A stretch of 64,000 nucleotides of DNA from Lama guanicoe (Eukaryota). The stretch spans positions 8,404,358-8,468,357 of the forward strand of contig MU054187.1 of NCBI GenBank assembly GCA_013239625.1, written 5' to 3'. Under the pieces are notes generated by a model. It was not told where the DNA came from. It saw only the letters and a list, made by a program, of their open reading frames with translations, and ran no database searches. The position numbers and the translations under genes were made by a program. Positions 1 to 12,802 of this stretch are shown here, in pieces (position 1 is the stretch's first letter; each line of letters starts with the position of its first letter).

Positions 1-4
1 GATA

Positions 5-1033
5 CAGGCAATCCTTGCTTTTCACAGGAATGGGGGACCATAAAACTGTACACGATGAAACTGTGCAAAGTGGTCTTAATCATCAGTGGGGAGAATGATG
101 GTTATTCTGTGATCTTTTAAAGTTTTTGTCAAAGCATTAAAATCCTTCTTTCTGTTGGGTATAAATGTATAGTGAAATTATTAAAAAAAGTGAAGTTAAT
201 ATTTACTTAGTAAACTGGATTTTAAAACATTAGAAACACTGAAAAACAACTTTTTTTTAACGAAAAACTTGAATAGTTTGAGCAGGGATTGCCTGCTTCT
301 TCTTGCCGTGTGACACACAGTGAGCATCTTTGCTATGCCTTGGCCAACTGTCACACTCCTTTCTAAGCCGGGGTCAGCTTCCAAAACTTTATCTTTTGTG
401 CTTTCAGTGTTGGGAAATATCTCCAAGAGTTCTTTTAATGTGCAGTAAGTTATTTGTTGTGGTCACTTCCCCTGGAAGATTATCCTTTGCATCACAACCA
501 CGTTCCTCATTTATGTCACGTTCCCTTCACTGAAGTCCCTCTGCTGCTCATCTGGAGCCTCCAGAATGGCCATGGTGTCAACATCCCCAGGCTCAGCTAC
601 TTCTTCTTCAACCCCCACTCTCGTTAGATTCCAATCACGCTCCCAGCAGTACCACTTTCTGTTTCTTTGCTGCACTTTCATCTTTCTTGGTCAACTTCCT
701 CTTTCAAGTACCCAATTTTTGAGACAGGTTTATCACTGGGAGACAAGGCAGCAAGACAACTACACACTGGCGTGAACTGAATAACATACATGCAGTGACC
801 AATCACGGACCGACACTGAAAGGACTGACGTGATTGGTCACTGGTCACGATGTGCATCTGTTATCTACATGGTGATTTGTGGACTGAAGAGTTAGCAGGG
901 ACGTTTGTACTTTTATTTTTCACGGTAATATGCTGTAGCAACTGACATTTGAACAATATTGTTGGGGAACTGGTGTTACTTAACTAAGTCATGTAACTCA
1001 AAATTTGTGCACATTGAAACTGTAAAAGTGACT
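5..1033. mobile_element. TcMar-Tigger DNA transposon, internally deleted (Tigger6-like), with decayed transposase C-terminus on the minus strand
   Basis: Starts TA|CAGGCAATCCTTGCTTT...AAACTGTGCAAAG...TCTTAATCATCA, a Tigger6-type terminus. ORF 196..426(-) 'KDKVLEADPGLERSVTVGQGIAKML' resembles the pogo/Tigger transposase C-terminus. A degraded right terminus lies near 1020-1033. Confidence 0.8.
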
Positions 1034-1789
1034 AATAAAAAACTATCATATATCTTCACATCTATGCTAAGATGTGTTTTAATATTGTGCTATTCTATGT
1101 ACCTTTGGTAATTTTCTTTTCTGATTTTATATAATTTCATCTTTCTATATCAGTAAATCTATACCTATAGCATCCTTTAAAATGGGCTGTGTGACTTCCA
1201 CCGACTGGATATAAACAGGGTTGTTGTAATGATATAAATGGCACAATATACATAATGCTCTTAGAATTGGGCCTGCCACATAGCAAGGACTAAAAAAAGT
1301 TAATTATTAATATTTATGAGCACAATTTAGTTGATTTCCTATTGATGGATGTCTAGATAGTTCCTAATTTTAACATATTATGATGAATATCCCTGCGCAT
1401 AGATCACTGTACGCTTGCAATGATTGTTTTGAAAGATTAGCACAATCTTGGCTATCCGTACTTGGAACAAGGTTCTTAGATCCTGACTCCTCCCAAGAAG
1501 GAGAAAATAGCCACAGTTACTGCGGGGCTGGGAGGGAAAGTGGGAGCCAGACTGCATTTCTGAGTTGAGACAGCTGGGGTTGGGACCGCTTGGCAGAGTT
1601 ATTCAATAGGCAACAGCAAACACACATCTTGGGTTTGTAAACGATGTAGAGGCTTGGTTGTCAGTACATAGAACACAGGAAGGAAGTCAAGTCCTCCCAC
1701 CCAGGAAGAGCCAATGGCAAGACACAAAAGGACAGAACCTAGTCAAAAATCAATATTTAGAAATGCTAAGCGCTAAAGATAATACCAAC

Positions 1790-2040
1790 AACAAAACAAC
1801 ATTCACTGAGTTCTTACTATGAGCCAGGTGGCCCGACAAGCACTTTATGTCCATTATCTCAATCAGTGCTTAAATAACCACCTTTACGAGGAAGGCACTA
1901 CTATGATTATCACAGTCTCTTTATAGATTAGAAAAGTGAGGCTCTCAAAGGTTGCATAACTAGCCCATGGCCACTCACTAACATGGTGCAGGCAGGATTT
2001 CCAGACACACGTTATGACACACAGAATCTACAGTCTTAGC
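1790..2040 (-). mobile_element. MIR SINE
   Basis: ATTCACTGAGTTCTTACTATGAGCCAGG...TTTATAGATTAGAAAAGTGAGGCTC...GGCAGGATTT matches the reverse complement of the MIR core. Confidence 0.75.
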
Positions 2041-2044
2041 CTTT

Positions 2045-2525
2045 TGTGTTCATTATTATTGCTGTGTAACAATCTACCCCCAAATGGAGAAGCTTAAAAT
2101 GACATTTACTATTTCACCATTTCTGTGGGTCTAGAATCTAGGCAGGGCTTAGGGTGCCTCTGGCTCAAGGTCTCTGGTGAAGTTGTGCTCAAGTGTTGGC
2201 TGGGGCTGTGGTCTCATTTGAAGGCTCGGTGGGGCAGGCCTGTAAGCAGCCTTGGTCCCTGGCCACAGGGTCTCCGCACAGAGCTGCCTCACGACGGAGG
2301 AGCTGGCTCCCCCCAGGGCAGTGACCCAAGAGAGCAAGGGCGTGAGCGTCTAAGGTGGAAGCCAGTCTTTTTGTAACCTACTCTTGGAAGCAGCAGCCCA
2401 TTATTCCTTCTACTTGTTAGCAGCAAGCTATTAAGTGCAGTCCACACTCAAGGGGAGGGGAACACACATAACCATCCGGAGTCAAGGATCACCAGGAGGC
2501 CCCTTAGGGGCTGTGTGTCCCCCAC
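2045..2525 (-). mobile_element. MaLR solo LTR (MLT1 family)
   Basis: TATTGCTGTGTAACAATCTACCCCCAAA...GCTTAAAA...TTCTGTGGGTCTAGAATCTAGGCAGGGCTTAG...GGCTCAAGGTCTCT is the typical reverse-complement MLT1 3' end and body. Confidence 0.85.
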
Positions 2526-3829
2526 TCTGTGAGAATAATATCTGACTAACCAGAAGGACGCAGGCACCAAGGAGTGGGGACGTACACTTCCCTGAGCAAT
2601 ACCTTAGAATCTAGGCTATCGTTTTCATTCTTTGTGCTGCTGTGAGTTTGTTTAATCTGGAAAATGTAATGAGAAAACACACAAAGCTAATAACTGAGAG
2701 GCTGGAAAAGCACAATGAAATTTTCAGAAAATGGAGGAGAAACGTAAGAGAGGCCTGCAGATGTGAAAGAGGATGTGTGATGATGACTTGCAGATCTTTA
2801 CTAACTGAGTGAGGGTGCAACACGGTGCACTTTAGCGGCAACATGCAGGACTTCAATAAGCATAAAGGGTAAAGGCTTCATCGGAAGGGCTACGTAGTCC
2901 AACAACAGGAGATCCCACGGGTCTGCGTAGTGTGAGGGCGGTCCTTCCTGAACGTGAGGGGTCACGTCAGATGGTGCAGGTTTCTTCCAGATTAAAGTTC
3001 TGACAAGGATGAAACAGGGTTTTGTAAGCATCTGGGAAGAAGGCAGACAAGTCCTTCCACGTAAGGCCACTTCAGTGTTCTTCAAAGTTAGTTTCTGCCA
3101 GCTCAACCACTCTCATATGATTTATTGCCATTTGTTTGCAAGGAAGCCAGTTTTTATTTTGAATCCTTTTCATTTTGAGAACCAGAGATGATTGAAACTA
3201 TTTTCCTACGATTCTGGAGCCAGAGCAGTTGATTCTAGCTACATCCAGATGGTTTGCATTGCTTAGGCTGATTTCTGCTAAACTGTTTAATGTTGTTAAT
3301 AATCCTTTTAATATATTTAGATTTGTGTGCAGGGTAAAGGGGGGGCAGATCTGGTACAGATTGGAAGTCACAGCTCCTGCTGGACTTCTGCTGAATTTGT
3401 TAAATCCAACTGTGGTCTCTCATACTTGTTCCAATTTTGATGAACTCAGAGTAACCTCTTCCTTTAAGCTGTGACACTCAAAAGCAATGGTTCATTAATA
3501 GGGACATTCAGGGAGTGTGGACCTGATTGTTTGGGAAATACATGACTTTAATATGAAATGCATTCTTTAGAAAAATTAATTTAACTATAGTTTTTATTCA
3601 GTAGAGTTTGAAAAAGCATGTTGTGAAGCAAAAAATACCAACAGCAAGATTATCTTCCACATTCAATGAATCGCAGGCCTGCTGATTTTAATTTTTAAAT
3701 ACCTAACATCCAACTCTCCAGCCCATCTCACAAGGCATGGCCCTACCCTGCTTCCCAACTAGACCCTAACAAAGGCCTCCTGGCTGGCTGGTCTTTCTGC
3801 TTTCAGCCTCGCCCCTACAGAGAGGATAA

Positions 3830-4010
3830 CAGTGACAACTGATGTGTATTGACAGCTTACTATTGGGTTAGGCACAGTGCTCAAGGCTGGGCAGGATCTC
3901 ATTTAATCTTCGTTATAAGGTGAGAAGGTAATTCTACCACTGTCTCCATTTTCTTGATGAGCAAACTAAGACTTAGAGGTCAAGCAACTTGCCCAAATCC
4001 TAAGTCAGTT
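3830..4010 (-). mobile_element. MIR SINE fragment
   Basis: TATTGACAGCTTACTAT...CTCATTTAATCTTC...CCATTTTCTTGATGAGCAAACTAAGACTTAGAGGTCAAGCAACTTGCCCAA. Confidence 0.75.
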
Positions 4011-5693
4011 CTGTTCTTCCCAAGAAACCAGAATGTGAATGCACACCAGGCCGCTTCGCTGATTAGAAGCCTCACTGGCTCCTTGGAACAGACGAAACAA
4101 AGCACAAATCCCTTAGCAGCTGCTTCAGTGGTAACGGCCACAGTCAAATTCTGAGTCCTTTCCAGATGTCCAGAATTCCACTCATGTGGCCACAAATCCT
4201 CACCACAACCCTACGAGATACGCGTGCTCTCCATCATGGTAGAAGAACAAATGATATCTTGGGGTGATTTCTAAGATCACAAGGCTATTAATTGTCAGAG
4301 ATGGGATTCAAACTCAGTCTGTTCCACCCCAATCCTGCATTCCCCTCTGACCCTCTGCCTTTCTCCTCCAAACCAGGACCCCATTTCCCCCTCGTCCTTT
4401 TCCTCCCCTTCATTCTATTCATCTACTCAAGTAATCCTGGAACACAGGCAACTTCTGAAACATGCTCTTCCTGGTATCCAGAATTTATTTATTTTTCTTG
4501 TTCACCTGGCAGGCATCTCGGGATCACTTAAGACTCAGCTGAAACAAACCGCTTCTTCTGAACCGTTTTCTCATCTTCCTCCCTCCGCCCTCTCCTTGCT
4601 GGAAGATGAGAAGTATTTTCTTTTCAATGATACTTTGCAAATAGTTGTGAGGAAGCTGCCACCTCCTTTTATTACAAATGTTTATTTATAATAGGCGGCG
4701 ACGGGGAATCATCTATTGATTCATTTCACACAACTAATTATTCCTGAATGCCTACTGGTGTGTCTGATATTTATCTCTGCTTCCCCAGCTCTTAGCCCAG
4801 TGCCTGACACTTAAATAGTCCAAACAAATGACTGGAAATGAACGGCTAAATAAACGGAGACTCCACTCAGGAACGTGCAGGAGCTGGATCTACCGCAGTC
4901 ATTTCTGAATCAGACGCTGAAGCTCCTGAAATACGGTCTGCCATGACCCGCTTGCCTTCTCCATCCGTGGATGGGGCCTGTTTCATCGGAACACCGTGTT
5001 CTAAAAGATGCATGAAGTAGCCAAGGAACCCCTCCAGTTTCTGACAGTTGCAAACACAAAGGAAATGTCTGCCAGGCAATTGCAACAGGGTGACCCTTCG
5101 CCTCCCAGGCTCTTTGCTCTCTCACCTCCACCAGCAGCCACACTGCAGACAGCACGTGGCACGTACTGCTGACTGTCCTCTTCGTCCTTTCTCTGCCAAG
5201 TTCCCCGAGCTTTCTTTTCAGCAATTGTCTCACCACAAGGAGACAAGGTTGCGTTCAGTTTCATCCCTAGATCCCAAGGACCAAGAACTGCGTTTCTATC
5301 CTCTGAATCTGGCAGCACCATGCTTCTCTCTAGCCTGTCCCCCGAAACACCATCTTTGCCTTTAAGTTGCCCAATACTCCCTTTTTCTCAGCCCCGCCAG
5401 CCCCGCCAGCCCCGCCACTGTTCTCTCTGGCCAGACCCACGGCCGCCTCTTGGGGAGAGGGCTGGAGAGACTGCAGCTGGGCGCTTTCAGAATCCAGGCT
5501 GGGGAAGGGGAAAGGCTGCCTGTACTGGTTCTCATTGCTGGGTCTCAGAGCACACCCTGTCCAGGCCTGAGGTCAGCCGGGGAATGCGAGTACACATGTG
5601 TGTGTGGGGGTGGGGCTTGAGATCTGACTGCTTCACAATTTGAATAACCCGGCCAACAGGAGTGCACTATTTTTCAGGCCACACAATATATAC

Positions 5694-5695
<2 letters not shown>

Positions 5696-5737
<42 letters not shown>
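5696..5737. repeat. (AC)n microsatellite, ~21 units
   Basis: Seen directly. Confidence 0.97.
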
Positions 5738-5740
<3 letters not shown>

Positions 5741-5759
5741 TATTGGTTTCAGCTCAATT

Positions 5760-5960
5760 TTAATAATAATAGAAACTACTTATGTCAGACACTGTGCTAA
5801 ATGCTTTGTATAGATTACCTCTTTTAATCTTTACAGTCAACCCCTGAAGCAAAATTTAACTTTATTCTTTTTTACAGGGAGAGAAACCAAGACTTGCAGA
5901 GGAAAGAAGTGTGTCTCACCCTGACAGCAAGGAAGTTGGGATTTGATAAGTTTTGATACA
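5760..5960 (-). mobile_element. MIR SINE fragment
   Basis: AATAATAATAG...TATGTCAGACACTGTGCTAAATGCTTTG...TTTTACAGGGAGAGAAACCAAGACTT. Confidence 0.75.
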
Positions 5961-6016
5961 TGTTTGCACCTTTGAAACCAAGTTTCCTGATTCCCTTTCT
6001 CTCTCTCTCTCTCTCT

Positions 6017-6245
6017 CCTGTCACCCATTCCCAGGCATCCTGCTTTCTGTCACAATAGATTTGAATTTCCTAGAATTTTATGTGTGTGTGTGTGTATGTG
6101 TGTATATGGGATAATCTCAATGTCCTAGTATGTATCTGGCTTTTAAAAATCTGCATAATTTTTTTGCGATTTATCAATGTTCTGTGTATCAGTAGTTCAT
6201 TCTTTTTCATCCATACTTTTGCTTAAAGTATTCCACTTCAGACAA
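6017..6245 (-). mobile_element. Old L1 3' fragment (L1MC/MD-like) containing a (TG)n tract, flanked by (TC)n at ~5997-6017
   Basis: CTTTCTGTCACAATAGATT...CTAGAATTTTAT...GTATCAGTAGTTCATTCTTTTT...AGTATTCCAC is an antisense L1 3' region. Confidence 0.7.
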
Positions 6246-7109
6246 ATAGTTCCAAAGCAAGTGACGCGGGGAGAACTCACAACCTGGAAGTGATGCACCA
6301 TCACTCGACTTACTCTGTGGGTAACACAGCCTAGCCCTGGCGCCAGGCGGACAGGGGCTCCACAGCATGAGAACACAAAGAGGGAGGGGTTTACGGGAGG
6401 GTTGCTTGGACCCTGTGACCCCAGTCACAGCTAGGGCCCCTCAGTCCTGAGTCAGAAGCTCGGTTTTGGCCGCTGCCCTCTGAACGCGATGGGAAAGCCA
6501 CGCCCCAGTACTGCTATTCCATTAAGCTGACGCCCTTTCACCCAATTTCATAGAACCTTCGCTGCTAAGTGCGGACTAAGTGGGTGGGCGTGCCAAAGGT
6601 GGAGAGACCTGGGATGTGAGCCTTAATCTCCAAGGGGAAGCCACCTTGGTTGCACCTGTCCTTTATCTATAAATTCTTGTCTGTCTTAAAGGCACTGAAG
6701 CACGGGAAACACTGAGACAGAATACAGAGCTGAAATACCAGCAGAACAATGGCATAATTAGTTTGTCCAAAGGAACCCAAGCCAGCTGCAATTTGGCTTG
6801 ATTATGCATGGAATTAAAATTTGTCTCTGCCAATCACATTGGCATCATATAAAGAAGAAGCCTAGACCATGGCTGGCCAGTGAATTGGACCCTGGCAACT
6901 TATACAATGATTTTCTATGTGTCACATATGAAAATGATACCAGTTCATAACTGTCCGTGGGGCACACATTAATGCCTATTAATTCAGCAGACAATGCCTA
7001 CTGTGTTAGACGTACCAGGTCAGGCTCTGTGTGCAATTCCTAGATGAAAAGCTATGATTTTTGCCCTCCCCTAAGAGGTCATTATAAGAAGCGGGGAATA
7101 AAATCAGAT

Positions 7110-7811
7110 TGTTACCTGAAAACTGGGTTTGACTCTTAGTGGGTATTCAGCCAAAAGACACATGCAAGCCAAGGAGTGGGAGAAGGATGGATTTATTACT
7201 TGCAGCAGGTAGAAGACTGGGGATCTTCCCCAGAGCAATGTCTCCCTCAACAACAGAATTGAAAACACTTTCCAAAAAAAAGTTTTAACCTAAGGAGACA
7301 TGCATGTTCATGAAGAAATTTGGGTGGTGTATGCATATGCATGAAGGGGCTTGAGCAGATTCAGCACTGAATTGGGTCAAAGGGTGATAGAGTCCAGGCA
7401 CTAGGTGACTGAAGAAGTTATGAGGGTCAGAAAGGTTAGTATCATCATTCCTTAGGTGCCAGTTAATCTGCTGGTTGAACGGTCAAGGGGGTGAATTCTG
7501 CAGAACAGCTCAACAACACGCTTCAGGCTAGTTTTTGCCTTTGAAACAGACCTGGTAGTCTTTGCAACTAACACACTGACTCTCAATCCTCTGATATGGT
7601 TATCTCCCTGTCTCCCTGGCCTGGCTGTTTGTTATTTTTTTTTTCCTTTGCTTTCTTAAAATCATTAACTACTGAGAGCTATTCTTCTTTAAGGACTAGT
7701 TCGGTGGCCAAGCTTAGCTCACAAAACGGCTTAGGTGTAATGGCTTCTCTTAAGGTGAAAGTTTAGGTCTGATTCTCTTCCTCCGGGGATCTCCCACCCT
7801 GTCTGTTTGCA
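7110..7811 (-). mobile_element. ERV1-class solo LTR (~700 bp), inserted into an L2 remnant
   Basis: TG...CA termini (TGTTACC at 7110, TTTGCA ending at 7811). Imperfect 4-bp flanks AGAT/AGAC fit an ERV1 target-site duplication. Minus-strand AATAAA at ~7191-7196. L2-like sequence continues on both sides. Confidence 0.75.
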
Positions 7812-8499
7812 AGACGATGAAGGTGGGGAGATTAAGGCTATGTGGAGTATCAAGTACTCTGGGGTTTTGGAGATCAAGTTCTTTTCAGATAGGCTGGAAA
7901 GGCTTCAAGGAGGAGAGGGCCATTTTACACTAAAAGGCAGAAAAGCCGGAGGAAGGCATTCTAAGAAAAGAGAAGGTCGGTCAATATTTAACAAGCAATA
8001 TAAACGACTAGGCAAACTGAGTTTGGGCAAATTGTTTTACCTTAGACAAGGTGCTTCACTTCAAGCACTCAAAATAAATTTATACAGTTTCTCCAATTTT
8101 TTAAATGACTGTCCAGCCCTGAAGTATTAGCTGTCACTGACACACAGAAGTTATACTTTGAAGTATTTGAAAAGTCAGTGTACTTTCTGCAAATAAATGT
8201 TAATGCTCTTTTAAAATGGTTTATCTTATATATGCATGCACTGACAGAGGAAAGACATGAAGGATATACACACACTAGGAGGTTAAATTAACTGTGACTG
8301 TTTCTGAGTACTGGGACTAGGGCTAACTTTCATTTTCTTCTTTGCACCTTTCCAAGTTTTACAAATTTCCAATAATAAAGCTACACTTCTTTAGTAAACA
8401 GTCCAAAGCACAAGTTACTTTAAATGGACCTTTAAATGTGTTATGTGAGAGGAAGTGTCAGAGCTAGTAACTCACGAGCTCAGACATTTAACAACAAAA

Positions 8500-8990
8500 A
8501 GCACATTCAACGAATCAAAACCCACTCAATGTGCCAGGCACTGTCCTTGTCATTACGGGTGCGGAGGTGAGTCAGAGTTCCCTCAGAAAGTTTGCAGGCT
8601 ACTGAGGGAGCAGAAGTCAAATGACTTAGATAAATTAAAAATACATAATTTTGCCTTGAAGGTAAGAAAAGATCAGGGTCTTGTGAAAGAGGGTCATGGG
8701 AACAAACACAATTAAATTGGTGGTGGCTGGGGGGGCGGTGCTGAGGAGACAGGTTCTGACACTCCGCACTGGATGAAGGTTGATCAGCGACAGGCTGGGG
8801 AGGGGTGTTCGAGTGAGAGGAGCATGTTGCCTGAGGCCTGGGAGGAAGACAGCCAGCACAGGGCTGGACTATGATGCTGCGGCTGGACCACCTGCAGGGA
8901 GGCTACACGGGTAGGAGGAATCTGGAGAGACAGGGAGGGTCCAGATCCCATAGGAGCTTGTAGGCTCTCTGCTACCACCAACTGTAACTG
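8500..8990 (-). mobile_element. L2 LINE fragment
   Basis: CATTCAACGAATC...AATGTGCCAGGCACTGTCC is the antisense L2 3' end, followed by L2-like body (GAGGGTCCAGATCCCATAGGAGCTTGTAGGC). Confidence 0.6.
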
Positions 8991-9049
8991 TTCTCAAAAG
9001 TAAGCAGTGCAGCAGGTAGGACGGAGGTAACTCAAGGCCATGAGAAATG

Positions 9050-9260
9050 GGGGCAAAGAGCTCAGATGCTTGAGTCAGCTGGACTTGGTAGAAATCCCAG
9101 ATTCACCTTGGAGAAATCCCTACCCGGCCCCCCTAAACCCCACCTTAGTCATCTGTAAAATGGACCAAACCCTCATGGGGGTGAGGTGGTGGTTAGGATA
9201 AAATGAGGTAATGTGTTTAAAAAACAGTGTCTATTATAACCAATTTAAAAACTAATTACG
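9050..9260 (+). mobile_element. MIR SINE fragment
   Basis: CATCTGTAAAATGG...GGTTAGGATAAAATGAGGTAATGTGT. Confidence 0.7.
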
Positions 9261-10403
9261 ATTATTACCAAGCAAACTCTTGGGAATCAAAAATCTTTCC
9301 ATCACTTTTTTTTAAGCGATGAAACCAAAAGTAATATGTATTAATTTGAAAAAAAAAACCCATTATTCATTATATAACTAAGAGATGTATATCATTAAAG
9401 AGACTTTTTTTAGGATATCAGTTCTGGATGAAAAAGAAACAAGCTTATATAAATATAATCATACACACCCTCCAACACACAAGCACATACATGCCATTTT
9501 TCTTTTTTAAAATGTTGTTTTAGTCTTGCATCATTGAATTTAACTGGGGCTCAGACTAAGCAAATATATTTTACACTGTTGGGAGAGACTACTTTTTCAT
9601 GTTATCAGAAATGCACTTTAGAAAGGGTATCAACCAAAAGGCTTATCTTCCAGAGAAAATACAAATAGAAGGAGAAAAATGTGAAGTGACTGCCTAGGAG
9701 AGTGCCTGTGTTCCTTCTGCAGAAGGGTGAGTTTGGATGACACTGACTTACACCTGATTTAGTGAATGAGAATGAGCAGAACTCACCAGAATACCGAATT
9801 GAAGAGAAAAATAGTCTACTATGCAATTACTTGGATTTTTCCCTTCAACCATACTGGTTACACCTGTTATTTGACGTGATAGTTCGTTGGTTTGCTATAG
9901 CTATTGTCTGCCCTAAAAAAATTACACATACCAACAAATAACAAACACTGTTGGCTATTAAAAAAACAGCTGTGCTAAGGCAACATTTTTATTTAAATTG
10001 GGAAATTCAAGTGAAAACATACGCACCCTAGAATGTTCACCTGTTTTACTCTGGATGCCTTTGCAAGCCTACAGGATGGGGTTTCCACTCTAACTCCCTT
10101 ATTGCCACCCAGCTTCTCACCCAAACAGTCTCAAAGTTACTGGATATTACAGAAAATAGCCAGGGTGCTCACTGGTTCAAGGGTTATTCACCAAAGTAAA
10201 ATTTCTGCTTAATTTGGAAGATGTTTTCCTTAATTATATATGGCTATTCATTCTCAAAGAGGTGGTGGAGGGACACTGAATGACTGGGGAAAACAAAAGG
10301 AAAAAACCCAGATGCTATTACTATGTGCTAAGTTGTGCTAGCGGAGTTACAGACGTGGGGAAAAAAGGGGGTTTTGAGGGGAGGGTCTCATAATGATTAA
10401 GTG

Positions 10404-10590
10404 CAGATGACCCTTGAACAACGCGAATTTGAACTGCACAGTCCACTTATATGTGGCTATTTTTCAACAGAAAACATCACAGTACTACGTGGTCCTGGCT
10501 TGGCTGAATCCTTGGATGCAGAGGAACTGCAGATGTGGCGGGCTGACCAGAAGTTACACGAGGATTAACCCGCGTCACTGTGTTCAACTG
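10404..10590. mobile_element. MER8 / Tigger2-derived MITE
   Basis: CAGATGACCCTTGAACAACGCGAATTTGAACTGCACAGTCCACTTATATGTGG is the Tigger2/MER8 terminus. The other end is TCAACTG|TA. Confidence 0.85.
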
Positions 10591-12769
10591 TAATTTGAAA
10601 TCAGGCAGAATTACACATTGGTTCAGGGACCACCATGTTCACCCCCTTGCAGAAGAGAAGAGGGTGGCTTCTCGGAGCATGCTGGCACCGGAGAGCCAGG
10701 CCGGGGGCTAGAGAGCACGAGTTCTCTCCTATTGTGAATACAGACCCAGAGAACCCTAAAAAGCCACCGCTTCCCTAACGCTCCCAGGAAACAACCTCAG
10801 TGTTTCAGGACTTGGTGACAATAGTGACCTTTAAAAATCTTGAGGTCTTGAAGCAGACAAAGGAGATAATTATCATCTGATCCTTTTGTTCTAAAGCCCA
10901 CTGCAGTGATCTGTCAGTCAGCTCACCAAGTCACAAGGATGAGACTCACCTCTAATGAGGTGTCAGCTGGGCACCGTGCCGTCAGAGAACAACTTAGGTC
11001 AAGATGTGCCTTATTCATATTTGTAAAATATCTGGGATAGGGGAAACAACTGCTTTGGTTCCTTGGAGAAGGATGAGTAAAAATGATTATCTAGTCCTTT
11101 TTTTCTTTTTTCTTTTAACAACCTAAAGAAGTGTTTTATTTGGATCTTCATCAGCAGCTATAAATACTACATATAGCATAACACAGTGTAGGTGTTTTCG
11201 ATTGTTTTTGTAAACCCACTTAACTCTGCTAAATGGGAAAGAATACAATGACATTGTCCTCTGTACAAACATTCATCTCAAATTCTCCGCACAACTCTGA
11301 ACTCAAACTCTACAGACAACTGTTCAATCTTCCAAAGAATTCTTACAGTTTAAGAATAATTTCCAAGGGTAATTACTTTTTTTTCCCCCAAGTAAGATCA
11401 GCCTTCCTGTCACCAGCAGTGTTTGAGATGTTTGGAGCTTTACCTTTGATGAATACACGACATGTCAAGTTCTATGGGTCTACAGATTCATCACTCTCCA
11501 AATTTATAGGGATGGATGCGGGGTGATTTGATAAATTGTTTTGTTTTGCTTTTCATCACTCAGACGATATTGAGAGGACGCTCCCTGTATATCTTAGGCG
11601 TCATCTATCAAAAATAAGGCTTTGGGGAGAACAAATAAAATGCAGTAAAAACTTGTTGAACTGATAACTATATAATATGAATGTGTCATCTCTGACTATG
11701 AAGGACCACTATACGAGGGTCATATTTTACTTTTTTAAGCAAGTTTACATGTCTGGTTCCCAGTGGTTTAAACTGCACTTTGGTTCAAATGTTTGCAAAG
11801 CTTCCCAAGTGTCTTTGGGAGAGAGAGTGCTATAAATTAAAGTGATTATTAATCTTACTAAATCTATTCCTTTTTACTGGCATTTACTTAGGAGATCTGT
11901 GCCTCCTTTTGATGGATGGGCCTGGCAACTTACCTGACGGACTGGTTGGTACATGAAATAAGAAGTGAAACCCTGATACTCTGTCTTGCTTTGTCTTGTT
12001 TTTAAAGGAAAAAAAAATCTCTATTAAACTGACAAGAACATATATTGACCAAAAAAAAAAAAAGCTAAAAAGAGAATACTGGGACTATATAATTGCTGGA
12101 CCTGGCAATTTAAATCAAGGTGGGACTGATAATTACTGCATTTATTAATTAAAATTCTATTTACATTTCATCATGAGAACAAGTTTTCTCTAATTAATAA
12201 AATGTTCTTTATCCAAGGCCATTAATGACTACGAATCCATGAAAATATGTTTGAATCCCAGAAGAAAATTGCTTTAAAGGTTACCAAGCCTACATTTCTT
12301 ATCAGAGACAAAAAGTATGAACAGTCAATAGCTCTGTTAAACAGATTCCATGGTTAAAATGTTCACCCCTTTTTAGTCCTTAGACAATCTTCAACATAGC
12401 AGGTAATGGAAAACCTACCTTGCCAATATACAGAGCTCAAGTGAATGAAAAATCAGAGAAAATAAATTAAAATAACAGGAAGATTTCAAATTTGCCATTC
12501 TGATAGGAAATATTTTCATAGACAGTTGAACTTTTGATAGGAAGGTATGTCCCCATAGTTCTTATGCAACTATTATTTTAAAGAAAACACATCTTTATAA
12601 AAACTTGTATATGAATTATCCCATTCACAAATTTTCATAGAATTCTGTATCAGGCAAAGACGTCATTCCATTTCTTTGAATTTATAGTTTACAAACTGTA
12701 CTCTGAAGCCTTAGGGATTTTCTAGAGCCTGCTTGCGGGGAGGGGAGAAAGGAAGTAACTAGTGGGCTT

Positions 12770-12802
12770 CGCGCGCACACGCACACACACACGCACACGC
12801 AC
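12770..12802. repeat. Alternating purine-pyrimidine (CG)/(CA) tract
   Basis: CGCGCGCACACGCACACACACACGCACACGCAC seen directly. Confidence 0.9.

Noticed and set aside
196..426. Transposase-like ORF as a domesticated TIGD-type gene
   Set aside because: Only a short C-terminal remnant inside an internally deleted Tigger, with no intact DDE or HTH frame.
2611..3474. Cluster of overlapping ORFs, possible last exon (minus-strand acceptor at 3468, AATAAA at 3153 and 3121) or processed pseudogene
   Set aside because: No frame gives a recognisable protein. The acceptor has a poor pyrimidine tract and a competing AG. There is no polyA tail or target duplication.
4871..4946. Plus-strand frame NVQELDLPQSFLNQTLKLLKYGLP*, vaguely like a SOCS box
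   Set aside because: Too short, weak acceptor with no pyrimidine tract, and no partner exons.
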